A stretch of 64,000 nucleotides of DNA, from assembly GCA_964417965.1 (NCBI GenBank), contig CAYQJX010000004.1, positions 52,405 to 116,404 on the forward strand, written 5' to 3'. This DNA comes from an uncultured Elusimicrobiaceae bacterium (lineage in GTDB: Bacteria; Elusimicrobiota; Elusimicrobia; Elusimicrobiales; UBA9959). Under the pieces are notes generated by a model. That model was not told the DNA's origin, made no database searches, and saw nothing but the letters and a program-made list of their open reading frames with translations. Shown here piece after piece: positions 9,290 to 17,683 of the stretch. The first letter of the stretch is position 1. Every line of letters begins with the position of its first letter. Both the position numbers and the translations under genes were made by a program.

Positions 9290-10414
9290 CTACACCGCGC
9301 GGCAGTAGCGGCCGTTGCGCGACACCAGCAGCGGCGAAGTCTCCAGCTCGAACAGCGCCGCCGCCGCCCGCTGCACCGGCCAGCCCAGCCGCCCCGTCAC
9401 CTCGTCCGCGCTCAGCCCTTCCTCCGAGGCCGCTATCGCGGTGTAGGCCTCCAGCCCGTCGGGCGAAAGCGCCCGCAGCGCTCCCTCCGAGGGCCCGCCC
9501 GCCGCCGGGCGGAGCCGCAGGCCGAACAACCGCTCCGGCGGGAAACAGGCTATCACGTCCTCGCCGGTCTCCGCCGGGTAAGCCCCGTTCTTGATGAAAT
9601 AATTAGGCCCCCGGCTCACCGGGGAATCCACCGGCCCCGGCACCGCCAGCACCTCGCGGCCCTGCTCCAGGGCGAAGCGCGCCGTTATAAGCGCGCCCGA
9701 CTCGAAGCCCCCCTCCACCACCACCGTGGCCAGCGACAGCCCGGAGATGACGCGGTTGCGCCGCGGGAAATTGGCCGGGAGCGGCCCTTTGTCCAGCGGG
9801 AATTCCGAGACCAGGGCGCCGCCGGAAGCCGCTATCTTATCGGCCAGCCGCCGGTTCTCCTCCGGGTAGATCCTGTTCAGGCCTGTCCCGAGCGCAGCCC
9901 AGGTCACCCCGCCGCTCTCTACCGCCGCCCGGTGGGCCGCCGTATCCACCCCGCGGGCCAGCCCGCTGACCACCGCCACCCCGGCGCCGGCCAATTCCGC
10001 CGCCAGGCGGGCCGCGGTGCGCAGGCCGTAAGGCGTAGCCCGGCGCGTGCCCACTATCGCGGCGGCGGGCAGCGGTTTAAATTCCCCCCGCAGGTACAGC
10101 ACAAGCGGCGGGTCATAGATCTCTTTTAAAAGTTCGGGATAGCCCTCGTCGAGGGCCGTAAGGACGCAAACGCCGCAGCGCTCGGCCGCGCGCAGCTCTT
10201 TCTCCGGGTCGGCCGCCGCCGTCTGGGCGGCCAGGCGATCGGCCGTCTCTCCCATCACGCCGCCTTCCGCCGCTATTTCAGCGGCCGGCCTTTTAAGCAG
10301 CTCTGCCGCGCCCCCGTACAGCCCCATAAGGCGCAGCAGCCAGTCGCTCTTGTGACAGGCGAAGAAGTTAAGGCGCACCCGCGCCAACCGCTCCTCCCCG
10401 GCGCAAACCCCCAT
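9290..10414 (-). CDS. dprA: DNA processing/protecting protein DprA (Smf)
   Basis: Rossmann-like DprA core with GLARGVDTAAHRAAV and VVVEGGFESGALITA. The conserved position upstream of topA fits. Confidence 0.9.
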   Translation of the reverse strand: MGVCAGEERLARVRLNFFACHKSDWLLRLMGLYGGAAELLKRPAAEIAAEGGVMGETADRLAAQTAAADPEKELRAAERCGVCVLTALDEGYPELLKEIYDPPLVLYLRGEFKPLPAAAIVGTRRATPYGLRTAARLAAELAGAGVAVVSGLARGVDTAAHRAAVESGGVTWAALGTGLNRIYPEENRRLADKIAASGGALVSEFPLDKGPLPANFPRRNRVISGLSLATVVVEGGFESGALITARFALEQGREVLAVPGPVDSPVSRGPNYFIKNGAYPAETGEDVIACFPPERLFGLRLRPAAGGPSEGALRALSPDGLEAYTAIAASEEGLSADEVTGRLGWPVQRAAAALFELETSPLLVSRNGRYCRAV

Positions 10415-10436
10415 CGCAGCCCCCCCAGGGCCAGGC

Positions 10437-11450
10437 TTACTTCTTCTTGACTATGTAGCCCTTGGAAATAGACGTGACCGCGTCGATTATGACCGCCTTC
10501 ACTTCCGAACCTTCGGCGCTGACCACCTCAGCCATGCCGGCGTACTGGATCTCAAGGCCGATCTTCTTGCCCGCCTTGTCGAGGGCGTCGGCGCCTTTCA
10601 TATACACGGCCAGGTAATCGCCGGCGGCGGCCAGGCCAGCTTTAGTCATGGAAATAGAGACCAGCTCCCCGCCCATGGTCAGGCTCTCTTCCATCGCGTC
10701 GCCTTTACCCTTCTCCTTGGCGGTTATTACGCCGTCCTCGCGCCAGGCGGAGGGAACGACGCTCACCCCGCCGGACCATTCTTTCTGGTGTTCGGGCATC
10801 TCTTCGGAAAGGTCCGAGAGAGCAAAACCTTTAAGGGTCTCGCCGACGGCCGGGGGCGGGACCTTGGCGCGCGCGCTCCTGGCCTGGGCCGGCGCGGGCG
10901 CGGGTTTTTCGGCTTCGACGGCCGCTTCTTCCGGCTGGGCCACGTCGGAGCTGGACAACTCGGCTTCCTTCGCCGTATCCACGCCGGTCACTTCCGCGGC
11001 CTTATGTTCGGGCCTGACCTCTTCCGTGATGTCGGGTATCACCAGCTCTTCCCTGGGATAGATCCTGTCAGGGTTCTCCACCGTGGACAGGTTGGCGTTG
11101 TAGATCTTGCCCCACTTGTAGGGGTCCTTGTAGTACCTGGTGGAAAGGTCCCACAGCGTGTCTCCGCCGTCCACCACGTGCTTTTTGCCTACGGAAAAAC
11201 CGGCGCCGGGCCCCGTGAGCTCTTTGACCGGTTCCAGGACGGCCGCTTCCTTCACCGGAGCGGTCCGCGCCGCCGGCTTTTTGGCCGGAGCCGTTTTAAC
11301 CGCGGACGAAGGCTTGGGCGGTTCTGGCGGCGCTTTTACCGCGGCTTTGGCCGCGGGCTCTTTAAGTTCCGTCTCCACCAGTTTCGCCTGCTGGGCGAAA
11401 AGCCCGGCCGGGAAGAGGCAAAGTACCGCTGTTAATATCGTTCTTTTCAT
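10437..11450 (-). CDS. LysM domain-containing secreted protein
   Basis: Signal peptide, a Pro/Ala/Lys-rich linker, and a LysM motif (HVVDGGDTLWDLSTRYYKDPYKWGKIYNAN...IYPREELVIP). Confidence 0.75.
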   Translation of the reverse strand: MKRTILTAVLCLFPAGLFAQQAKLVETELKEPAAKAAVKAPPEPPKPSSAVKTAPAKKPAARTAPVKEAAVLEPVKELTGPGAGFSVGKKHVVDGGDTLWDLSTRYYKDPYKWGKIYNANLSTVENPDRIYPREELVIPDITEEVRPEHKAAEVTGVDTAKEAELSSSDVAQPEEAAVEAEKPAPAPAQARSARAKVPPPAVGETLKGFALSDLSEEMPEHQKEWSGGVSVVPSAWREDGVITAKEKGKGDAMEESLTMGGELVSISMTKAGLAAAGDYLAVYMKGADALDKAGKKIGLEIQYAGMAEVVSAEGSEVKAVIIDAVTSISKGYIVKKK

Positions 11451-11472
11451 ATTCCTCCAATACCAGATCCGT

Positions 11473-13032
11473 TCAAGCTACACCCGCCGGCACCGCCGCC
11501 TTATCCAGCATACGGTACTGTACCGCTTCTATAATATGCTCCCTCTTTATAGCCGCGCTGCGGTCCAGGTCGGCTATGGTGCGGGAGATCCTGAGTATCT
11601 TGTCGAGCGAACGCGCGGAAAAGCCGAGCTTGTTCATGGCCGTCTCCAGCACGGAGGAGGCGCCTTCCGGCAGCGCGCAATGGCGCCGCAGCTCGGCCCC
11701 GGACATAAAAGCGTTGGCCTTGGCCCGGCCGCCCGCGAAACGCGCCCGCTGTATCTCCAGCGCCGCCGCCACCCTGGCGGCGATCAGCACCGAAGGCTCA
11801 CCCCTGGGCGCGGCCTCCCAATCCTGATAACGCACAGGGGACAGCTGCACCTGCAGGTCTATCCTGTCGAGGATGGGCCCGGAAACCTTGGACCGGTATT
11901 TAGCCACCTGCACCGGCGTGCAGGAGCAGTCCCGCACCGGGTGTCCGAGGTAGCCGCAAGGGCAGGGGTTCATGGCCGCCACCAGGAGGAACCGGGCCGG
12001 GTAGGCCACGCTCTCCTTCACGCGCGCCACCGTCACGCGGCAGGCCTCCAGGGGCTCGCGCAGGGCCTCTATCGCCGGGCGCGAGAATTCCGGAAATTCG
12101 TCGAGGAACAGTACGCCGTTATGCGCCAGGGAGACCTCTCCCGGGCGGGGGCTGGAGCCGCCGCCTATCAGCGCGGCGTCGGAAATGGTGTGGTGCGGCT
12201 CCCGGAAAGGGCGGTCGGAGATCAGCCGCCCGGCCTGGACCAGGCCGCTGACCGAATAAAGCTTGGTGGTTTCCAGCGACTCGTCGGAACTCATCGGCGG
12301 CAACAGGGCCCCGAAGCGGCGCGCCAGCATGCTCTTGCCGGTGCCGGGAGGCCCTACCAGGATTATGTTGTGAAAGCCGGCGGCGGCTATCTCCATGGCC
12401 CGCTTGGCGAAAGCCTGGCCTTTAACCTCCGAAAAATCCGTCCCTGGCGCCGCGGAGGCGACACGGCCGGCGGGAGCGGCACAGGGAGGAAGTTCCTCCC
12501 CGCCCGTAAGCCAGGCCGCCACCTCCTTCAGGCTGGAGGCTGAAAAACATTTAATACCGGACACCGCGGCTTCCGCGGCGTTGCCGGCCGGAACCACGGC
12601 TGTCTTGCCCCGGCCCTTAAGCGCCAGCAGCATGGGCAGCACCCCCGCTACCGGCCGGACCGAGCCGTCGAGAGCCAGTTCCCCTATAAAGAAAGTATCC
12701 TCCAGAGCGGCGGGCAGTTTCTTGCCCAGCCGGCCCGCGGCGGCCAGTACCCCCAGCGCTATGGGCAGGTCGAAATGCGTGCCGGCTTTTTTTATCTCGG
12801 CGGGGGCGAGGTTGACGGTAATGCGTTTGGAAGGAAAGTCGAAGCCGGAGTTGCGCACGGCGGCCACCACCCGGTCCTTGGCCTCCTTCACGGCGGCGTC
12901 GGGCAGGCCTACCACGGTATAGGCGGGCAGGCCCGAGGCGATGTAAACCTCGGCGTTCACCTCCCGTCCGTCTATGCCTTTAAGGCACAATGTGCGCAGC
13001 TTCGACAGCATAAATCCAGTATAGCAGGCCAT
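11473..13032 (-). CDS. comM: Mg-chelatase-like AAA+ protein YifB/ComM
   Basis: Lon-like N-domain, Walker A GPPGTGKS, Walker B LFLDEFPEF, and a C-terminal ChlI-type domain. Confidence 0.9.
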   Translation of the reverse strand: MACYTGFMLSKLRTLCLKGIDGREVNAEVYIASGLPAYTVVGLPDAAVKEAKDRVVAAVRNSGFDFPSKRITVNLAPAEIKKAGTHFDLPIALGVLAAAGRLGKKLPAALEDTFFIGELALDGSVRPVAGVLPMLLALKGRGKTAVVPAGNAAEAAVSGIKCFSASSLKEVAAWLTGGEELPPCAAPAGRVASAAPGTDFSEVKGQAFAKRAMEIAAAGFHNIILVGPPGTGKSMLARRFGALLPPMSSDESLETTKLYSVSGLVQAGRLISDRPFREPHHTISDAALIGGGSSPRPGEVSLAHNGVLFLDEFPEFSRPAIEALREPLEACRVTVARVKESVAYPARFLLVAAMNPCPCGYLGHPVRDCSCTPVQVAKYRSKVSGPILDRIDLQVQLSPVRYQDWEAAPRGEPSVLIAARVAAALEIQRARFAGGRAKANAFMSGAELRRHCALPEGASSVLETAMNKLGFSARSLDKILRISRTIADLDRSAAIKREHIIEAVQYRMLDKAAVPAGVA

Positions 13033-13068
13033 CCCGACAGCGTACTGTCGGGTTGCGGGCCGCGAATT

Positions 13069-14004
13069 TTATCTGACCAGGCGGCAGATGTCCCGGGCCC
13101 GGGCAGAGGCGCCCCCGGCCTTGGTGACGCGGGCCACGGCGCAGTCGCCGCCCTCGCCGCAATAGCGCTCTACTTCCACCCGGCCTATGTATTCTTCCCG
13201 GTGGCCGATGACCAGGTTGGAGCGGGGATCGCGGATCTCGGCGCCCTGGCGGTAGCAGTCCAGCTTCAGGCCCGGCTCCACGCCGGAATCCTGCCCGGCG
13301 TTCAGATAGAGTTCCTCGCCGGCCGCGTCGGCGACCATGCAGGACCAGGCTTTCTTGTTGAGCTGGCTGGAGATATTGGTGACGAACTGCACCAGCGCGG
13401 CGCGCAGGGCCTCCCCCTCGAGGGTTTCGTCGTAGCCGCCCTTGGTGCCCATGCCCAGGAACGAGGCCTTGGTGGACTTGGCCATGCCTTTGCCGGAGTC
13501 GGCCAGGATCACCTGGCCGCTAGCCACGTCGATAAGCCTCAGGTCCACGGTCACGTCGGCCACCTGGCGCTTGGACTGCGTCAGCAGGTAGTCGGACCCT
13601 TCTTTCTTGACCCCGAACTGCGAAACGGAGCCTACCACTATGGCCTCGAGGCCCAGCACCTGGCCGATCTTCACGGCGGTGGCCGAGTCTATCATGCCCT
13701 GGCCCTGGAACTTCTGCTCTTCCATGATCTTGCTCAGCCGGTCCCTTTCCACCACTATAAATTTGCCGGACTTCACCAGCTCGGTCACCAGGATGTCCGA
13801 GGCGGCGCCGCCGAGGCGGCCCTGCCCGTAGGCGGACTTGTTCTCGAACTCCACCACGCCCACCCGGCGCTTGGGGCCCGTCAGGTCGGATTTGACCTTC
13901 TCGGTCACGTCCACGCTTTGCGCCTGCTGGGTCTTTACCGTTTTGGAAGGCGCGCAGGCCGCTCCCAGGAAAAGAACCGCCACCAGAAAATTAGTTTTAC
14001 TCAT
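13069..14004 (-). CDS. CsgG-family outer-membrane lipoprotein (curli-type secretion channel homologue)
   Basis: Lipobox-like signal (LGAACAP). The CsgG core reads RRVGVVEFENKSAYGQ...ASDILVTELVKSGKFIVVERDRL..IMEEQ. A 4-nt overlap joins it to the upstream gene. Confidence 0.8.
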   Translation of the reverse strand: MSKTNFLVAVLFLGAACAPSKTVKTQQAQSVDVTEKVKSDLTGPKRRVGVVEFENKSAYGQGRLGGAASDILVTELVKSGKFIVVERDRLSKIMEEQKFQGQGMIDSATAVKIGQVLGLEAIVVGSVSQFGVKKEGSDYLLTQSKRQVADVTVDLRLIDVASGQVILADSGKGMAKSTKASFLGMGTKGGYDETLEGEALRAALVQFVTNISSQLNKKAWSCMVADAAGEELYLNAGQDSGVEPGLKLDCYRQGAEIRDPRSNLVIGHREEYIGRVEVERYCGEGGDCAVARVTKAGGASARARDICRLVR

Positions 14005-14642
14005 TTTGCCTCCTCGTTATTCAGCTGCCTGCGGGGCAGGCCGTCCAGGGCTTTCCAGGCCGCCGCCTCCGCTTCTTTCTTGAGCGGCGTCTTAAGCAGG
14101 TTCTGCACCAGTTTAAGCGCCAGCTGCTCCACGAAGGCCGCCTTGGCCTCGTCCTTGTCCGTGTAGAACTTCAGATCCTTGCCCGACCCGCTGGCCTCGT
14201 AGAGAACTTCTCCGCTGGCGGCCGAGAGCAGCCTCACGCTCAGGCCCACGTTCTTGCGCACCACGAAACCCAGGTTCTGGAAGGTGAAGTCTTCCACGTC
14301 CCCGTAGCACAGCAGGTCCGCTCCCAGCGCCTTGCCCAGTTCCTCCGGTTTTACGGAGGGCAGCTGCCCCCCCTCGGAGATGCCCAGGCCGGAAAGCTTG
14401 TTGTCCACCTCTTCGAAAGGCAGGGGCTGGTAGCCCCGCTTTGCGAACCCCTCCGCCGCCAGTTTACGCATGATGTCCGGAGCGCTCATGTCGGTACTCT
14501 GGTTGTCGAACGGCAGCACCGCCACCCGCGCGTCCGGCCAGGTCCGCAGCGCCGGCGCTACGGTCAGCACCGACTTGCCCGCGCAGCCGCAGGCCGAAGC
14601 CAGCAGGGCGGCGCAGACCAGGGTTCGCGCTTCAGGAGACAT
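14001..14642 (-). CDS. Lipoprotein resembling the DUF799/GNA1162 family (CsgG-associated)
   Basis: Cys-containing signal peptide (LLASACGCAG). The LPFDNQS...APDIMRKLAAEGFAKRGY pattern recalls DUF799 lipoproteins, which co-occur with CsgG-like genes. Both ends overlap neighbouring genes. Confidence 0.55.
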   Translation of the reverse strand: MSPEARTLVCAALLASACGCAGKSVLTVAPALRTWPDARVAVLPFDNQSTDMSAPDIMRKLAAEGFAKRGYQPLPFEEVDNKLSGLGISEGGQLPSVKPEELGKALGADLLCYGDVEDFTFQNLGFVVRKNVGLSVRLLSAASGEVLYEASGSGKDLKFYTDKDEAKAAFVEQLALKLVQNLLKTPLKKEAEAAAWKALDGLPRRQLNNEEAK

Positions 14643-15745
14643 CAGCGCGGCAGGGAGAAAATTATCTCCTGCGGGCCGGCGCCTTCCAGCTCCAGGCCGA
14701 AAGCGTCGCCGCGCAGCACGGCGCTGGCCAGCTCCTGCGCGTCCGAACTCTGGGGCACGGTGATGAAAACAGCCGTCCCGGCGGAATATTTTTCAAGGCT
14801 GATGCTTTTCAGGGCCACCCGCTGCAGCTGCGCCTTCAGCTTTTCCAGGGAGTCTAGGCCCTGGATGCCGAGGACCTTGAGCCGTATCACCGCATCGGGC
14901 TTAAGCATGCGGGCGGACCGGGCGGCGGCCTCCTGGCCCAGCAGCTCGCCGGCCGAGGCCAGGGCTTTGGAAAAAGAGACGGCCTCGGAAGAATCCACGG
15001 CGCTGGCCTGCATGGACAATTCCAGCAGGACCCGGCCGGTCGACACTTCGTAAACTGAAGCCGAAGCGTCGGCGCGGGACGGGTAAAAGCCCGTGTTCAT
15101 GCCGGAACCGGCCGCCGAGGCCGCGGCGGAGGCGTGGATCAGCAGGTCCGCCCCGGCGGCGGAGGCGGCGGCGAGCAGGGGTTCCACGGGGCCGGAGGCG
15201 AGCGCCCCGTCGGCGGCGAAAGGGAAATCCTTTATGACCGCGGCCGACCTGCGGGAGAAGGCGTCGCGGAAACCTTTGGCGAAGGGCTGCGACGGGGCGC
15301 CTTTCTGGGCGAAGGCCGCTATGGAACCGCCGGCCTGGCCGCCGGTCAGGTTAAGGACGCGCAGGGCCGAGGCCAGGCGGTCGTGATAGACCCAGACCTT
15401 GACGCCGGCGCGGTAAACCGCGCCGTCGGGGCCTTCCGACACCACCTTGTGCCTGGCCACGTACGCCTGCGGCGTTTTAAGGGGCCCGTTCTCCAGCGCG
15501 GCGTAATTCTCCGCCTTCGCGGCGTCGTCCATGTACAGCTCGGCGGCCCGCCTCACGGCGGAGCGCTGCGCGTCGAGCACCGCCCTGGAACGGGAGGCGC
15601 CCAGGTCGGACGGATTAAAATCGGCGGAGCCTTCGGCCAGGAGCACTTCCGGGTCGGCCTTGAAGGAACCGGGGGCCGGGGCCGTGGCGCAGGCGGCGGC
15701 CGCAGCCAGCAGGGCCGGCGCTAATAATTTCGCTAAAGTTCTCAT
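14642..15745 (-). CDS. Putative lipoprotein, N-terminal LPP20/FlgT-N-like region
   Basis: Signal peptide with Cys (LAAAAACAT). The N-terminal region LAEGSADFN...SRAVLDAQRSAVRRAAELY resembles LPP20-type domains (family recalled from memory, not searched). Its stop overlaps the next gene's start. Confidence 0.45.
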   Translation of the reverse strand: MRTLAKLLAPALLAAAAACATAPAPGSFKADPEVLLAEGSADFNPSDLGASRSRAVLDAQRSAVRRAAELYMDDAAKAENYAALENGPLKTPQAYVARHKVVSEGPDGAVYRAGVKVWVYHDRLASALRVLNLTGGQAGGSIAAFAQKGAPSQPFAKGFRDAFSRRSAAVIKDFPFAADGALASGPVEPLLAAASAAGADLLIHASAAASAAGSGMNTGFYPSRADASASVYEVSTGRVLLELSMQASAVDSSEAVSFSKALASAGELLGQEAAARSARMLKPDAVIRLKVLGIQGLDSLEKLKAQLQRVALKSISLEKYSAGTAVFITVPQSSDAQELASAVLRGDAFGLELEGAGPQEIIFSLPR

Positions 15746-15757
15746 GTAAGCCCCCTT

Positions 15758-17680
15758 CTATTTTTTCGCTACGGGCAGGGCGAAGCAGAACCTGGAGCCC
15801 TTGCCCACCTTGGACTCCACCCAGATCTTGCCGCCGTGTTTCTCCACCACGGACTTGGAGATCGCCAGCCCCAGGCCCGTGCCGGGCACCTGGTTGGCGC
15901 TGCTCCTGCCGCGGTAGAACTTCTCAAAAACCATCTTCTGTTCCTCCGGCGGGATGCCGGGGCCGTTGTCCTCCACGCAGATCACCACGGCCTCGCCTTT
16001 GTCCGTGCCGCTGACCGTGATGTTAGCGCCGGAGCCGGCGTACTTTATGGCGTTGATAATGAGGTTGTCTATCACCTGCGTCATCCACCTGGTGTCGGCC
16101 TGCACCTGGGGCAGGCCCTTGGCAGTGTTGGACAGGTTGACCTTGCTTTCCCTGGCCTTGAGCAGCATGGTGGAGACGGAACTGCGGATCAGCTCCGCGA
16201 GGTCCACTTTCTGGAACTCCAGCTCCACCTTGCCGTTGAGGCGCGACAGGTCCAGCAGGTTAGTGATCAGCTGGTTCAGGCGGTTGACCGACTGGTCGGT
16301 GACCGACAGGAAATTATGCTGCTGCTCGTTGAGGGGGCCGACCTCGCCGCTCAGGATCACGGAGACGAAGCCTTTGATCGTGGTGAGCGGGGTCTTTAGC
16401 TCGTGGCTGACGGTGGCGAGGAACTCGTCCTTGATCTTGTTGAGCTGGGCCAGTTCCTGCGCGGTCTTGGAAAGGTTGCCGTAGAGGGTCACCATCTCTA
16501 TGATGATGGCCAGTTCGTCGGCGATGATGGAGAGGAACTCCAGCTGGTCCGGGGTGAAAAAATCCTTGCGGCGGCTGCCCACGCGCATGACGCCGATGAT
16601 GCGGTCGTGCAGCGAGATCGGCACTATCATCAGGGAGTGGATCTCCCAGAGCTTGGCGTAGCGGGTCAGCACGTCCGGGTCGTTCTGGGCGTCGGGCGTG
16701 ATGAAAGGCTTGCGGGAAAGGAAGGTGCGCACGGAAGCGGAAGCGTGGTTGCTGAGCGGGATGCTGTAGAGCATGCGCTCTTCTTCGGGGATGCCGAAGG
16801 AGCCGGGGCTGACCACCAGCTCGCCTTTGGCCTCGTCGAACAGCAGGCAGGCCACCACGTCGGCCTCCACCATCTTGGCGACGATGTTCAGGATGGCGGC
16901 GCAGCCGCCCTGCGGGTCCTTTTCCGGGCCGGTCACCTTGGTGACCACCTCGTAGAGGGCCTTGCGCTCCTTGGCGCGCTGGATCAGCCGCGAGCCGGCC
17001 ACGTCCAGCTCCTTGACCACGGCGTTGACCTCTTCCTTGAGGTGGTCGGTCTCTTTCTTCAGCGCGAAGACCTTGTCGGAAACCTTGGAGATGGAGGTCA
17101 GCTGGGACGCCACGAAGCGCAGATACGGCTGGGCGGCGTCGAACATGGCGGGGGAGCCCGCGCCGAAGACTATCAGCCGCTCGGGGGCGCCGGCGGCGGG
17201 CCTGAAAGGGCACATCAGCACGGACCGGACCTCGAAGACGGAGAACAGCTCGGCCACGCCCTGGTAGTCCCCGGCCTTCACGTCGTCGAAGCGGAGCATT
17301 TCCCCCTCGGCGGAACTGCGGTCGAAAGCGCTCCACTTGTAGGAGGTCAGCAGCTTGGGCTCCACCTTGAAATGCTTCAGGTAGTTCACCAGGCGCCACT
17401 GGCCCTCGCCTTTTTCGAAGAGCAGCATGGAGCTGTCGGGGAAGGCTTTGTGGAACTTGATCAGGTAGTAATTGGTGATGTCGCCGTAATGCTCGGCCTG
17501 CTCCGGGGCGTAGGCGCGCTCCATGGTCTCGCGCGTGAAAGAGGTGAAATCCTGGAAAGCCTTGCGCGAGGAGCGCAGCGAACCTTCGGCCGGCAGCACG
17601 TGCCGGAATTTAAGGTACCAGTAGGCCCCGAAAGCGCCCGCGGCGCCTACGACGCCCGCTCCTATAAGTTCATTGAGCAT
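15758..17680 (-). CDS. Sensor histidine kinase with N-terminal TM helix and GAF domain
   Basis: H-box [17 protein letters not shown]. HATPase_c N/G boxes ([28 protein letters not shown]). A GAF-like region lies upstream. No adjacent response regulator. Confidence 0.85.
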   Translation of the reverse strand: MLNELIGAGVVGAAGAFGAYWYLKFRHVLPAEGSLRSSRKAFQDFTSFTRETMERAYAPEQAEHYGDITNYYLIKFHKAFPDSSMLLFEKGEGQWRLVNYLKHFKVEPKLLTSYKWSAFDRSSAEGEMLRFDDVKAGDYQGVAELFSVFEVRSVLMCPFRPAAGAPERLIVFGAGSPAMFDAAQPYLRFVASQLTSISKVSDKVFALKKETDHLKEEVNAVVKELDVAGSRLIQRAKERKALYEVVTKVTGPEKDPQGGCAAILNIVAKMVEADVVACLLFDEAKGELVVSPGSFGIPEEERMLYSIPLSNHASASVRTFLSRKPFITPDAQNDPDVLTRYAKLWEIHSLMIVPISLHDRIIGVMRVGSRRKDFFTPDQLEFLSIIADELAIIIEMVTLYGNLSKTAQELAQLNKIKDEFLATVSHELKTPLTTIKGFVSVILSGEVGPLNEQQHNFLSVTDQSVNRLNQLITNLLDLSRLNGKVELEFQKVDLAELIRSSVSTMLLKARESKVNLSNTAKGLPQVQADTRWMTQVIDNLIINAIKYAGSGANITVSGTDKGEAVVICVEDNGPGIPPEEQKMVFEKFYRGRSSANQVPGTGLGLAISKSVVEKHGGKIWVESKVGKGSRFCFALPVAKK

Positions 17681-17683
17681 CTT

